In this document: positions 9,788 to 19,718 of the stretch, piece by piece
Layout of the letters: the number at the start of each line of letters is the position of its first letter
How positions within the stretch are numbered: position 1 is the stretch's first letter
IMG/VR virus record: IMGVR_UViG_3300031578_009156
DNA from: an uncultured virus (IMG/VR IMGVR_UViG_3300031578_009156)
Lineage: Duplodnaviria > Heunggongvirae > Uroviricota > Caudoviricetes
Length of the DNA stretch: 64,000 bases
Direction: 5' to 3' (one strand)
Made by a program: the position numbers and the translations under genes
Notes under the pieces: generated by a model
What the model was told of the DNA's origin: nothing
The model's input: the letters and a program-made list of their open reading frames with translations, nothing else
Database searches by the model: none

Positions 9788-12163
9788 ATGATTCAGAATG
9801 GTGGATTTGAGGCTGATTGGAGCGACAGCAAGAGCCACGTCTGCATGGTATTCCCCACAGGCGCGGCCTCATACCAGGCAGAGATCGGGAACATCTTCAC
9901 CCCACCTGGGTGGGTGACCTGGTTCAGGCACGATCCTGGCACTTGGGATCAACCCGAGGTCAGGGACGCCAGGGCAGCCGTTGACGCCACGCGGGTACGG
10001 AGCGGGCAGAAGGCCATGCTCCTGTTCACGTTCTACCGCAAGCACGATGCAGGCTTCCTGCAGCAGGTCGCGGTCGAACCTGGCACACGGCTGACACTGA
10101 CGGCCTGGGCGCACGCCTGGAGCAACCACCTGAGTAAGGGCCAGGGCGGCCACCCAGACGATGGGCGCTGGTCGGATGGCGCAGGCTACGACGTGGTGGC
10201 CTGGAAGGCGGGCACTCAGCCGTGCACTGGCAACCCGCAACAGGACGCCAGATCGAACTTTACTTTTCAGGTCGGCCTCGATTCCACGGGGGGCATGGAT
10301 CCCTTCGCCAGCACCGTTATCTGGGGAGAGGGCTGGCACATCTATAACGGCTACTGCCACCCGCTGACGGTGGCAGCAACCGCACAGGGGAGCAAGGTGA
10401 CCGTGTTCCTACGCAGTTCGACCGCCTGGCCGTTCAAGCACAATGATGCCTACTGGGATGACGTCTCACTCCAGGTGATTGGAGATGCTCCCACGCCGCC
10501 CGTCTCCGAGCGGGGCAAGCCGCGCGTCCAATACGAGCGAACTTATGTACTGCTCCCCCCAGACGCTACCCTGGAGGAAACCATCAAGACAGTGACCGAG
10601 CACTTCCCCCAGCGGCACACGATTGGCTTCAGCGCAGACGATGCGGGCGTTGGCGACCTGGACGCGCGACAGGTAATCGCGGTTCGCCCAGAGGCGTGGC
10701 CTGGGGACCTCGGCGCATTCTTCGCTCAGCACTACCATGGCGTAGAGTATGTCTCTGTGGAGATGAAGCCCAGCACTTTGATGCTCACCTACCCCACCAC
10801 CCACCTGCCTCCAGTCATCACGGGCAGGTTTGGTGATCAGCGCGTGGGCTACGTCCATCAGGGCCTCGATCTGCGCTCCAGTTGGAAGCAGTGGGGGGAC
10901 GAGATCGCGTGCGCTTTTCTTGGCGAGGTCATCCGCGCGGGCTACGACCCCAAGGAGCCGTCCTTCGGTGTCCAGGTCAAGACGTTGACCGCAATGGCGA
11001 ACGGTGACCTGGTGCTCGTTCGCTACGCGCACCTGCGAGATGAGGCAGGCGCGGTGTACGTCAGCGAGGACGACCAGGTGGTGGCGGGGCAGCGGCTGGG
11101 GCGACCAGGGAGCACGGGCGTGTCTACGGCGGACCACCTGCACCTTGACGTGAGGGTGAACGGAAAGTATGTGGACCCCGAACCCCTGATCGTGTGGCCC
11201 GAGACCACGGACCCCAAGCCCCCCATGCCCAGGACCACCAGGGGGCACATCGGCTTGCACCTCCAAACGATGGTTGGGGGATGGGAGGATTTTGTGCGGG
11301 AGGTTCGTCCGCCTGTGGTCAAGGTCACGGCCTCAATGCACGACGTCATGGGAGTTAGGCGTGCTTGTCCAGACACGGTGGCTATCTGGCGGCACGTCAA
11401 TAATAACTATGGCGGCATCATAGACAACCCTGACCCATACGAAGGCGCAAGGCGGTGGATTGCGCAGTTTAGGGACAGTCTGTACGAGATATGCGGGCGG
11501 ATGGAGCGCGAGCAACCAAACCTCTCCAGGCCATTCTTTTACGTCGAATCGGTCAACGAGCAATACTGCCCTGATGGAGCAATCGTGAAGCGGGCGGCCG
11601 CCCTCGACCATGCGTTCATCATTGAGTTGATGAAACTCGGTTTACCGATTGCACCGGCCGTTTTCACTGCCCCTGTGGGCAACCCAGAACCAGAACACTT
11701 CAGTTTGCTCATTGCCATGGCACGCGCGTGCGAGCAGGCAGGTGGCCTGATGGGCTACCACAATTACTGGTGGGCCGACCCACAGGAGAGCGGTATCGAG
11801 TCCTGGTGGAGGTGGCACGCGGGGCGGTGGGCAGAGGTGGACCGCGCACTAGTCGCCAACGGCGTGCACGCGCGCTGGTACGGTGGCGAGAGCGGCGCAG
11901 TTGCCAGCGAGGACAATGGGCATCACCTGTCAGCCCACCACGGGTGGAAAGCCTCAATATGCTATAATAATGATTGGCAGCGCTACCTGGCCGACATTAC
12001 CTGGGCGGATGAGTGGATCCGTAACTGGAACAGGGCCAACGGTGACCGCTACCTCGGCTTCGTGCTATTCACCAGCGGTGTGGGCACGGGCTGGGATAAC
12101 TTCCAGATTCGGGAGCCTCAAATGCAGGCGCTGAGAGATTCGATCCTGGCGCGGTATGGATAG
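9788..12163 (+). CDS. Modular lysin: carbohydrate-binding domain + M23 peptidase + glycoside-hydrolase-like domain
   Basis: Start MIQNGGFE; M23 motifs HQGLD, YAHL and STADHLHLDVR; C-terminal ESVNE/GYHNY TIM-barrel-like region. Confidence 0.7.
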   Translation: MIQNGGFEADWSDSKSHVCMVFPTGAASYQAEIGNIFTPPGWVTWFRHDPGTWDQPEVRDARAAVDATRVRSGQKAMLLFTFYRKHDAGFLQQVAVEPGTRLTLTAWAHAWSNHLSKGQGGHPDDGRWSDGAGYDVVAWKAGTQPCTGNPQQDARSNFTFQVGLDSTGGMDPFASTVIWGEGWHIYNGYCHPLTVAATAQGSKVTVFLRSSTAWPFKHNDAYWDDVSLQVIGDAPTPPVSERGKPRVQYERTYVLLPPDATLEETIKTVTEHFPQRHTIGFSADDAGVGDLDARQVIAVRPEAWPGDLGAFFAQHYHGVEYVSVEMKPSTLMLTYPTTHLPPVITGRFGDQRVGYVHQGLDLRSSWKQWGDEIACAFLGEVIRAGYDPKEPSFGVQVKTLTAMANGDLVLVRYAHLRDEAGAVYVSEDDQVVAGQRLGRPGSTGVSTADHLHLDVRVNGKYVDPEPLIVWPETTDPKPPMPRTTRGHIGLHLQTMVGGWEDFVREVRPPVVKVTASMHDVMGVRRACPDTVAIWRHVNNNYGGIIDNPDPYEGARRWIAQFRDSLYEICGRMEREQPNLSRPFFYVESVNEQYCPDGAIVKRAAALDHAFIIELMKLGLPIAPAVFTAPVGNPEPEHFSLLIAMARACEQAGGLMGYHNYWWADPQESGIESWWRWHAGRWAEVDRALVANGVHARWYGGESGAVASEDNGHHLSAHHGWKASICYNNDWQRYLADITWADEWIRNWNRANGDRYLGFVLFTSGVGTGWDNFQIREPQMQALRDSILARYG

Positions 12164-12273
12164 AGTTCTCGGTACTTGTACACAAATGCGCGGAGAAATG
12201 CGCGATAAATGCGCAATCGAGGCACTTCACTGAGAAGTGCCCCTTTTTATCCCAAGTTATCCCAAACTGGGGA

Positions 12274-12302
12274 TTGACGGTAGCAGGTGCTTAGTGTAAT
12301 AT
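12274..12302 (+). promoter_or_regulatory. Sigma70-type promoter (near-duplicate of 12886)
   Basis: TTGACG-17-TAATAT. Confidence 0.7.
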
Positions 12303-12352
12303 GTAAATAAGCAACCAGAGAGAAGGAAAAGACCCAGAAGAGGAGGCAAACG

Positions 12353-12766
12353 ATGAAAGTAATGCTAGGATTGGCAGTGGTCGCCCTGTTGGCTGTGCCA
12401 GCGGCCAGCGGGCAGATGCAGCTCGTGGATATGGGCTTACTCGTCTCGAGTTACCCGCTTGCGAGCGGCGGGGCCGCAATCGTGGTGCTCTCAGACAATG
12501 CGGCCCCTCGCCTGTTTCTGGACTACGTTCCTGGAGACGGACAACCTGCATATCGTGATGGAGATGTATCTCTCATGGAGAAACTGCCTGACAAGATCAT
12601 CACGAGTGCAAGCGGCCCATACGTTCACATCACCTTGAACTGGACCAGCGGCGTGAAGGCACCAGTAGTGTGTCACTATCGCTGGACTCTTCCCTACGGG
12701 GACCGCGTGGCCGCTGGCGGGTATGCCGTCAACCAGGTTTTCATGCCGCTCCTAGAGTCTCCCTAA
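12353..12766 (+). CDS. Secreted hypothetical protein (moron)
   Basis: Signal peptide; own promoter and downstream hairpin; C-terminal VFMPLL. Confidence 0.7.
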   Translation: MKVMLGLAVVALLAVPAASGQMQLVDMGLLVSSYPLASGGAAIVVLSDNAAPRLFLDYVPGDGQPAYRDGDVSLMEKLPDKIITSASGPYVHITLNWTSGVKAPVVCHYRWTLPYGDRVAAGGYAVNQVFMPLLESP

Positions 12767-12786
12767 TCTACACGGGCGAACTGAGC

Positions 12787-12817
12787 AAGAGGGCGCTTCA
12801 CTGTGAAGCGCTCTCTT
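12787..12817 (+). terminator. Hairpin terminator containing TTCACTGTGAA
   Basis: AAGAGGGCGCTTCAC-T-GTGAAGCGCTCTCTT. Confidence 0.6.
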
Positions 12818-12885
12818 CGTTTCCCCAACATGCCAAACTTGTCCCGATATTTCCCCGAAAGTTCCCGAAAACCGCAAATTGCCCA

Positions 12886-12914
12886 TTGACAGTAGCAGGT
12901 ACTTAGTGTACTAT
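12886..12914 (+). promoter_or_regulatory. Promoter of the par/FtsK operon
   Basis: TTGACA-17-TACTAT. Confidence 0.8.
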
Positions 12915-12953
12915 GTGCATAAGTAACCAGTTATCTAATGAACAGGAGGACAC

Positions 12954-13172
12954 ATGGGAACACAAGGAAAAGCGGGGGCGGTCAAGGTAGACCCCCAAAC
13001 CCACACCCAGTTCAAAGCGGCCTGCGCGCTTCACGGCAAGCAGATGCAAGAGGCGGCCACGGATGCGCTGGCGGCTATGCTCCTGTGGTGGGAGCGCGGG
13101 AAGTCGGGCAACTTCATGGCGTTCGTGGACCTGAAGACCCAGACAGATGATGAGGCGGAGGCGGGGCAATGA
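12954..13172 (+). CDS. Ribbon-helix-helix-like DNA-binding protein
   Basis: 72 aa; AVKVDPQTHTQFKAACALHGKQMQE pattern. Confidence 0.65.
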   Translation: MGTQGKAGAVKVDPQTHTQFKAACALHGKQMQEAATDALAAMLLWWERGKSGNFMAFVDLKTQTDDEAEAGQ

Positions 13173-14170
13173 CAGAACCACTGGCATTGGATATGGGGCA
13201 CGGCTTCACGAAGGGCAAGACGGCTGACAAGGTGACCGTCATCCCCTCGGTCGTGGGGCCGGCCGAGCAGGTCCGTTTCGACAGTGGCCTCGCCAGGGAC
13301 GGGGGCATTTGCGTTACGGTTGACGGGCGGGCATACTTCGTGGGGGAACTGGCACTGCAACAGAGCGCCAGCGTGTCTCAAACCCTCAGCCCCACCCGCA
13401 CGGGCAGCAATGAGCAGTTGGCCCTGTTCTACGCGGTGGCGTCTGAGTTGATCGGCCCGAGCACCGACCAGATAGCAATCGTGACGGGGCTACCCCTGGG
13501 AGACTACAACCCGGCCAACAAGGCGCTTCTGCGGGATATGCTCAAGGGCAGTCACACGGTGCAACGACGCGGGCGACAGGCGCGGGCCTTCACGGTGGGC
13601 AGCGTGCACGTCGTGCCCCAGGGAATGGGCAGCCTGTACAACCTGGTGCTCGACCGCAACGGACGCATCAGAGACACGGACCTGGCGGGCGGCGCGGTGG
13701 GCATCGTGGACGTGGGGACCTTGACCACGAACTTCGTGCTGGTGAATCAGTTGCGCTTCATCGAGCGCGGCAGCGATAGCATCCCCACGGGCACAGGCGA
13801 ACTGCTCCAGAAGGTAGCGAAGGACCTCAAGTTGCAATACGGCCTGGACTGGACGGGGCAACTGGCGCGGGTGGACCAGGCAGTGAGGGCGGGGACCGTC
13901 GAGTTGTACGGCCAGCCCGTCAGTATCGAGGACCTGGTAAAGCCCCACCTGGCCGAGTTGTCCGATACCATCCTGTCCAAGGCCCGCTCCCTGCCTGGCT
14001 GGGGAAGTGGCGCGGAACTGCGGGCGGTGGTGGTCAGTGGCGGGGGTGGCGTGATGCTGGAGCCGTACATCCGCAAGGCATACAGCCACGCGCGGATGGG
14101 CGACAACCCCCAGCTCGACAACGTGACGGGCTACCTGCTGGCGGGCCTGCGCAAGTTCGGGAGCGCGTAA
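13169..14170 (+). CDS. parM: ParM/StbA actin-like partition ATPase
   Basis: LDMGHGFTK, VTGLP, VVPQG, IVDVGTLTT and VSGGG actin-fold motifs. Confidence 0.9.
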   Translation: MTEPLALDMGHGFTKGKTADKVTVIPSVVGPAEQVRFDSGLARDGGICVTVDGRAYFVGELALQQSASVSQTLSPTRTGSNEQLALFYAVASELIGPSTDQIAIVTGLPLGDYNPANKALLRDMLKGSHTVQRRGRQARAFTVGSVHVVPQGMGSLYNLVLDRNGRIRDTDLAGGAVGIVDVGTLTTNFVLVNQLRFIERGSDSIPTGTGELLQKVAKDLKLQYGLDWTGQLARVDQAVRAGTVELYGQPVSIEDLVKPHLAELSDTILSKARSLPGWGSGAELRAVVVSGGGGVMLEPYIRKAYSHARMGDNPQLDNVTGYLLAGLRKFGSA

Positions 14171-14201
14171 CGTGTTGCAGACCGCAACACGGGGAGGCGG
14201 C

Positions 14202-14540
14202 GTGATCATTCACGTGAGGCTGCGGCCAGAGGTAGACGGCGACATATCCGCCTGGTACGAGGCACAGACGGATAAGAGCGATTGCGTGCGGCAGGTGCTC
14301 CGCTCGTATATTGAGCAAGGTGACGGGAGCGCTGGCACGGTGGCTCTGGCCGACATCGTGGGAGCGGCGGTGCAGACGGCACTGGGAGACCTCCAGGCGA
14401 TGGTGAAGGCAGCGGTACGCGAGGCCCTGTCATCCTACCAGTTGACCATGGCCGCATCACAGGCGCAAGGCTCCGCTGAGGATCCGGAACTTGCGGCACG
14501 ACTGGATGCGGGGTTGGACGAGTTCTTTGGAGAGGATTGA
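14202..14540 (+). CDS. ParR-like adaptor (RHH)
   Basis: Directly after parM; N-terminal RHH (KSDCVRQVLRSYI); acidic C-terminal tail; GGAGG RBS. Confidence 0.7.
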   Translation: MIIHVRLRPEVDGDISAWYEAQTDKSDCVRQVLRSYIEQGDGSAGTVALADIVGAAVQTALGDLQAMVKAAVREALSSYQLTMAASQAQGSAEDPELAARLDAGLDEFFGED

Positions 14541-14770
14541 CAATGGCGGTGACTGAGGTTGAAAAAGTCGTCCTCGAACTCAAGAGGCAGTATTCTGGAT
14601 ATGCATGGGATCAGGGGAACGGACGCTGGCTCTACCGACTGGTTGAGGAAGTTGTGGAGTTGGCTCTCGCGCTTTTGCATTTGCATCGCCATTCCGCATC
14701 CTTGGAGCTGCAGCAAATTGCCAGTATCGCAATGAACTGGCTGGAGATTTTGGAGGTGCACGGTGAATGA
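14537..14770 (+). CDS. MazG-like all-alpha protein
   Basis: LVEEVVEL..ELQQIASIAMNWL pattern. Confidence 0.6.
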   Translation: MTMAVTEVEKVVLELKRQYSGYAWDQGNGRWLYRLVEEVVELALALLHLHRHSASLELQQIASIAMNWLEILEVHGE

Positions 14771-15377
14771 CTTAGAGAAGATGGTTGAAACTGCAAAAGC
14801 AGACCTGGACACAATCCGAGCGCGGTTATGGGCTACAATAGGACAACATACCTATGTTACTGATGAGTGGGGCGGTAGCAAATTGGCAGGGTGGCGGTGG
14901 GGGAGTAATGTTGTGGTAGGTGGCATAGATGAGGCCGCTGACGCGATAGTCGCTGAGAACATTACTGACCTGCTTGACCTGGTGGACTTCTTGCGCCGGC
15001 AGGCTGACGTTCACTGCGCGAAGATCGCGCAGTTGGATGAGGAGAACCAGCGGCTGCAGGCGGAACTGGCCGCCGAGCGCCAGGAAGTAGAGCGACAACG
15101 CACGATCAATAAAACGATTGCACGTAATGTGCTCGTTGGTGCTAAGGCTGGATATGAGGAACGATTGCAGGCCGAGCGCCAGCGGCGTGAGGCGCTGGAG
15201 AAGGCGCTGCCAGACGCGGGGTTGCTGGAGCGGGCGGCAGGATATGCGCGTAATACTACCTGTAAGGGTTGCCCTCTGCGCACTGTTCCATGTGGCCGTG
15301 ACTGCTCATTGGTTGGAGCGCCCCTGCGCGCCGCCGCCGCTCGCATCAGGGAGGTACAGGAGGCGGGTGGTGGATAG
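14763..15377 (+). CDS. Hypothetical coiled-coil protein
   Basis: 204 aa, translationally coupled. Confidence 0.6.
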   Translation: MNDLEKMVETAKADLDTIRARLWATIGQHTYVTDEWGGSKLAGWRWGSNVVVGGIDEAADAIVAENITDLLDLVDFLRRQADVHCAKIAQLDEENQRLQAELAAERQEVERQRTINKTIARNVLVGAKAGYEERLQAERQRREALEKALPDAGLLERAAGYARNTTCKGCPLRTVPCGRDCSLVGAPLRAAAARIREVQEAGGG

Positions 15378-15534
15378 TGGCTGGCGCAAAGGCATCAATA
15401 CCAAGTATCGGCATTATTATCGCGATAGGCGCGCAATCTGCGGATGCAAGACGCGGGAGCTATGGCACAATGATATTAAGGCCCCTCATTGCCCGAGGTG
15501 CGAGCGGGTCCTGAGACGGGAGGCGCAGGTATGA
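15370..15534 (+). CDS. Small Cys/His-containing protein
   Basis: HYY..AICG..CPRC; overlaps both neighbours. Confidence 0.5.
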   Translation: MDSGWRKGINTKYRHYYRDRRAICGCKTRELWHNDIKAPHCPRCERVLRREAQV

Positions 15535-15797
15535 CAGTTTACGCGGGTGTGTTCTGTTCAGTGACTTCCTGCGATTTTAATCTTGGCGAGAGGGGCGTTT
15601 CCTGCGGGTGGCTGACCGGCCCTGGTCATCGGTGTCGCTCCGCTGTTTACCGTGAGGCGTGGGAGGCTGCGCACGAACTGGAGCAGGCACAGGCGGCGGA
15701 CGAACCAGTACAAGTTAGCTTTTTGGCCGACGTGGACAGTGCACTTACCCCGACCACTCACGGGCTGTATGAGTCTGTAATGGAAGTGAACCGATGA
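15531..15797 (+). CDS. Small Cys-rich hypothetical protein
   Basis: ATGA-coupled on both sides. Confidence 0.5.
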   Translation: MTVYAGVFCSVTSCDFNLGERGVSCGWLTGPGHRCRSAVYREAWEAAHELEQAQAADEPVQVSFLADVDSALTPTTHGLYESVMEVNR

Positions 15798-16645
15798 AAC
15801 GAGTAATCCATCTTTTAACTGCTGGTCTGGCCCTGGTCCTGGTGGGCTGTAGTGTGGAAAGCGGCAACGGCCAATTCCATGCGGGTGATCCTGTGCGTGA
15901 GGTACGCGCAGAAGCGACGGCGGTGGCGGTGACAGTCGCCAAAGGCAATGCCGATATGGACCTCCAGGTGAGGCAAGCCGATCTGGAGCATGAGATTGAG
16001 TCGCACGACGTGGCGCTACAGGCAACCGTGACGGCCTACCAGACAGAAATGCAAACACAACTCATTGTGGCGACAGTAGAGGCGGGCGCGCAAGCCGATG
16101 CGATCCGAGCGCGCGGGCAGGCAGAAGCGTCAACCATCCTGGCGCGCGCAGACGCGGACATACAGACTGGGCGGGCGCGGGCTGATGCGAGCGTGAGAAC
16201 CTCGCACACGCTGGCAACGGCGGGCGCTATCGCCATTCCACTGCTGGCCGTGGGGGCGGCGGTGGCGTTCGTGATCCTGGCCTGGGGGCATAGTACAGCG
16301 ACCGTCAAACACGCGCTGTTGTCGGCGGGTTACGTTCGCATTGGCGTAGAGCAGTCCACCTTGCTACCGCCTCCACTGGTGCTGCATGATGGCTTTTTGA
16401 TTGACACCAGGAGTGGGGAGCGGGCGGCACTGAAGGACTCGGCGGGCATTGACCGTATGCGCCTGGCAGCGATGGCCCATGCTACTGAGGTTGCTTTGAC
16501 TGCCCGCAGTCTGGTATCCGTGGCAAAGGCGACCAAAAACGCTAAGGTCGGGGATATGCTGCCCAGCGTGGCGGGCGCTATCCCAATGATTGAGGCGAGT
16601 GGCAATGGGAAGGGAACACAAAATGCCGGATCTGAGAGTAATTAA
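15794..16645 (+). CDS. Lipoprotein / membrane coiled-coil protein
   Basis: Lipobox LVGC, Ala-rich coil, one further transmembrane helix. Confidence 0.7.
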   Translation: MKRVIHLLTAGLALVLVGCSVESGNGQFHAGDPVREVRAEATAVAVTVAKGNADMDLQVRQADLEHEIESHDVALQATVTAYQTEMQTQLIVATVEAGAQADAIRARGQAEASTILARADADIQTGRARADASVRTSHTLATAGAIAIPLLAVGAAVAFVILAWGHSTATVKHALLSAGYVRIGVEQSTLLPPPLVLHDGFLIDTRSGERAALKDSAGIDRMRLAAMAHATEVALTARSLVSVAKATKNAKVGDMLPSVAGAIPMIEASGNGKGTQNAGSESN

Positions 16646-16829
16646 AACCGAAGCCATAGAAGGTGCCTGGCAGGCCGATGAGGCTGCACGGAAGGCACGA
16701 TTTTATAAACTCGATGCTATCTGCCGAGGCACTGAGGCCCAGGTAGAAAGCTGGCGCGAAATGTCTGAGCGATATGAGCGATTGGCTGATGAGTTGTGGT
16801 CAATTGCGGACAGTATTAAGGTAGGATAG
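16623..16829 (+). CDS. Hypothetical protein
   Basis: Short ORF filling the operon (MPDLRVIK..). Confidence 0.5.
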   Translation: MPDLRVIKTEAIEGAWQADEAARKARFYKLDAICRGTEAQVESWREMSERYERLADELWSIADSIKVG

Positions 16830-16830
16830 A

Positions 16831-17094
16831 ATGGACTCATTCACTTTGCTCGCTCTGTCGTTCGCCTTCTCTGCCCTGGCCTGTACGCTCGCAGTCTGGC
16901 AGGGGCTGTATCTGCTGCAGCAACGGGAGCGGGCGCGCGTAACCGTCCCGTGCTACAGGGCAGTTCACCACGTGCCCGACCGCCTGCGTGACAGGCTGAG
17001 GGCGACAGTAGAGGCGCGGGGCTACCGCACTGTACAGACTGGCGGGAGTTCGTTCGCCATGGTTTGGGGAGGGTTGTCGAGATGGTCCAGGTAG
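16831..17094 (+). CDS. Small membrane protein
   Basis: N-terminal transmembrane helix; overlaps the FtsK start. Confidence 0.6.
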   Translation: MDSFTLLALSFAFSALACTLAVWQGLYLLQQRERARVTVPCYRAVHHVPDRLRDRLRATVEARGYRTVQTGGSSFAMVWGGLSRWSR

Positions 17095-18401
17095 CGAGCA
17101 ATAGAGCAGAGGCAATACGGAAAAGCCTCCTCGTGCAGTGGGCACACACGATGGAGAAGGCGGCTCAGCGTGGCGTATTCAGCGGTCAATCCATTGCACT
17201 ACGCAGGGCCATGCTAATCAATGGCCCGCGGGCGGGCGCGTTGGAGCTTGACGCTGGCCTGCAGGCTGGCACCCTACTCAAGGCTCTGCAGGCAAATAGC
17301 GGGGCCTTGGGGCGTCAGTTTGTTCCCTGGCAGTTCGAGGGTGATCCCGATGTGTTCATGTCTGGGCGGGATGTGCACTTTGGAGCACTTTGGCGCAAGG
17401 ACCTGGCAGATAGCAATATCCCGTTGAGCGCGCTCGGGCGGCATCCCCTGGGTAACGGGCGGTGGCTGGTAGGGCGAACCGATACAGGGGATGCTCTGGT
17501 AGCTGGCCTAAACGACAACACACCCCACTACCTCTATGGAGGCACATCAGGATCAGGCAAAAGCACTGGTCTGAAACTCGCCATATTCCAACTTGCACAG
17601 GACCCCAAGAACCGCCTGGTTCTGATAGACGCAAAGCACGGAGTAAGTCTGGCACCAGTAGCAAACGTGCGGGGAAGGGTTGGCCCACTGGCGGGAGACA
17701 TCTTCACGGCGCGGGCAGCATTGACCTGGTGTGTCAAAGAGATGGCGCGAAGATACTCTGAGCATGACGATGAACGCCGACTGATCATCGTCATAGATGA
17801 GGTACAGGACATTGTAACCGACCCCGTAGCGGCCGAGGCCCTGCGGCTGCTGGTCGCACAAGGGCGAGGCGCACATGTGCATGTATTGGTGGCAACCCAA
17901 CACCCCATCATAAAGGCACTGGGCGGTCCCATGATCGGGCGCAACCTGGCAGCGCGGGTAGGTTTCAGGGTTATGGACCGCAAAGCATCTGAGGTCATGA
18001 TGGGTGGTCCCTTTCCCCGTGCCGACCTGCTGGGAGGACGCGGCGATTTGTACTTTTTGGCACCTGGTATGGTGGTGAAGCGAGCGCAGGGCGCATACAT
18101 TGACAGCGAACCTCCAGCAGGTCCACCTGAGATGGTGGAATGGCCTACCGAGGACGTGGAGTTACCAGAACTGTCATCTTGGCCCTCTGGCGCGGAGGTC
18201 GGGGCGGCGCTCCTGTCAGCATCGTTAGGGGAGGGGCGCAAGTTATATCAGGATCGGTGCGCGGGCAGCGGTTTCCAGGTGGGGGACAATAACCGAGCAG
18301 TGCGCTTGGTGAAACTGGCCCGTGGCGCAGTCGGGTGGCTGGAGGACAACGGCGCGTCTGTCTGTCTGGAGGGAGAGATAGACATTGAAACCGAGGAGTG
18401 A
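17082..18401 (+). CDS. FtsK/SpoIIIE-family (TraB-like) ATPase
   Basis: PHYLYGGTSGSGKS Walker A, LIDAK, IVIDE Walker B, GRGAHVHVLVATQHP, ADLLGGRGD. Confidence 0.9.
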   Translation: MVQVASNRAEAIRKSLLVQWAHTMEKAAQRGVFSGQSIALRRAMLINGPRAGALELDAGLQAGTLLKALQANSGALGRQFVPWQFEGDPDVFMSGRDVHFGALWRKDLADSNIPLSALGRHPLGNGRWLVGRTDTGDALVAGLNDNTPHYLYGGTSGSGKSTGLKLAIFQLAQDPKNRLVLIDAKHGVSLAPVANVRGRVGPLAGDIFTARAALTWCVKEMARRYSEHDDERRLIIVIDEVQDIVTDPVAAEALRLLVAQGRGAHVHVLVATQHPIIKALGGPMIGRNLAARVGFRVMDRKASEVMMGGPFPRADLLGGRGDLYFLAPGMVVKRAQGAYIDSEPPAGPPEMVEWPTEDVELPELSSWPSGAEVGAALLSASLGEGRKLYQDRCAGSGFQVGDNNRAVRLVKLARGAVGWLEDNGASVCLEGEIDIETEE

Positions 18402-18868
18402 CGCGCCAGACAAGCAATGGGTATGTGCGCAGATTCCAGACAGACAGACAACGGAGGCGAACGGTGAAGAACCACGAGAAGGCAGGATATTACTTTGGTA
18501 TTGCGGTGGCGCTGGTGCTGGCAGCACTCGCACTCTACTGGCTCACGGGCAAGGTCGGCCAGACAGGGGTGCGCTGGTGGGCAGCTCTGGCGACCCTTGC
18601 ACTTCCCCTGGCCGTGGGCGTGGCCTGGGTGCTGGCTGCCCAGGCGGCACGGGAGCACCTGGCAGGATTCGACAGAGGCATAAACAGCGCAGAGCAAACT
18701 ATCACAGCGGTCGGGCGTGGCCTGCAGACCAATGCGAATGCTGCGGTACGGGCAGCACAGCAGCGAGCGGCACCGCCACAACCCGTGGACAACAGCGACC
18801 TACTCCCGCCAGTGAGCCAGATGATCATCACCGAGGCCCTGCCCACTGGTAACGTGAACCTGGGATGA
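18398..18868 (+). CDS. Membrane protein (2 TM)
   Basis: Two hydrophobic helices; coupled to the FtsK gene. Confidence 0.65.
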   Translation: MTRQTSNGYVRRFQTDRQRRRTVKNHEKAGYYFGIAVALVLAALALYWLTGKVGQTGVRWWAALATLALPLAVGVAWVLAAQAAREHLAGFDRGINSAEQTITAVGRGLQTNANAAVRAAQQRAAPPQPVDNSDLLPPVSQMIITEALPTGNVNLG

Positions 18869-19368
18869 CCGGCACTGCCCACGCCAACGCCACCCTACTC
18901 CTGACCCTCCCGTGCATCTACGCGGCCTACAAGCTGAGCGGCAGCACTGAGGCAGCGATCGGCGCTGGCGCGGGGTGCCTGGTAGCGCTCTGGGTCAACC
19001 CCGACCTCGACCAAGAGGGCTTGAGCCAGATCGAGTGGACCACGGTCAAGCGCACCTTCGGGCTGGGGTTTCTTTGGCTCCTCTTCTGGTGGCCCTACGC
19101 GATCGGGCACTCGCACAGGGGCATGTCCCACGTGCCCGTGCTCGGCACAGCAGTGCGGCTCCTCTATGCGGCCCTGGCTCTCCCCTTGTACGTCGGGCTG
19201 GGTGTCCTATTCGTCAAATTGATTCCCGTCCTCGATGTGCGGGTGACGCTACGATGGCCCACGATCAATTGGACCTCCATCCCCTGGATCGGACTGGGCT
19301 GGGGGGTGGCGGCACTGGCGGCCAGCGATGCGCTGCATTGGTTCTGCGACCTGTTCAGTTCACGGTGA
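18865..19368 (+). CDS. Membrane metal-binding protein (DUF2227/YdjM-like)
   Basis: MTGTAH, PDLD, HRGMSH and terminal H..D motifs. Confidence 0.75.
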   Translation: MTGTAHANATLLLTLPCIYAAYKLSGSTEAAIGAGAGCLVALWVNPDLDQEGLSQIEWTTVKRTFGLGFLWLLFWWPYAIGHSHRGMSHVPVLGTAVRLLYAALALPLYVGLGVLFVKLIPVLDVRVTLRWPTINWTSIPWIGLGWGVAALAASDALHWFCDLFSSR

Positions 19369-19394
19369 CATAGTCACCAGAGAGGAGACATACG

Positions 19395-19697
19395 ATGAAG
19401 GTACATGGGTTTCTATTAATTTGCTTGGGTGGGCTTCTGGCACTTTTCCTTTTGTCAGCGGCCGAAGTCGGCGGCTTTTTCCAGTCCCCCCTCCCCACCC
19501 CAGAATCGCCCCTGCCAACCCCGCCAATTCTGCCAGGAGTGCCAACAGGCTTCACTCCCACCCCCACCTTCTCGCCCACACCCATACCACCCCCACCCAC
19601 GCCGATACAGACAACGCCGAAGAAGGCCCTCCCGCCTCCAGTCCTCGAGCCGACGCCACCGCTGCTGCTTCCTGAGACGGGCGCGGACCTCTGGTAG
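19395..19697 (+). CDS. Secreted Pro/Thr-rich protein with LPETG motif
   Basis: Signal peptide, SPLPTP repeats, LPETG near the C-terminus. Confidence 0.7.
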   Translation: MKVHGFLLICLGGLLALFLLSAAEVGGFFQSPLPTPESPLPTPPILPGVPTGFTPTPTFSPTPIPPPPTPIQTTPKKALPPPVLEPTPPLLLPETGADLW

Positions 19698-19718
19698 ATA
19701 GTTCACAGTGAAGCGGGC

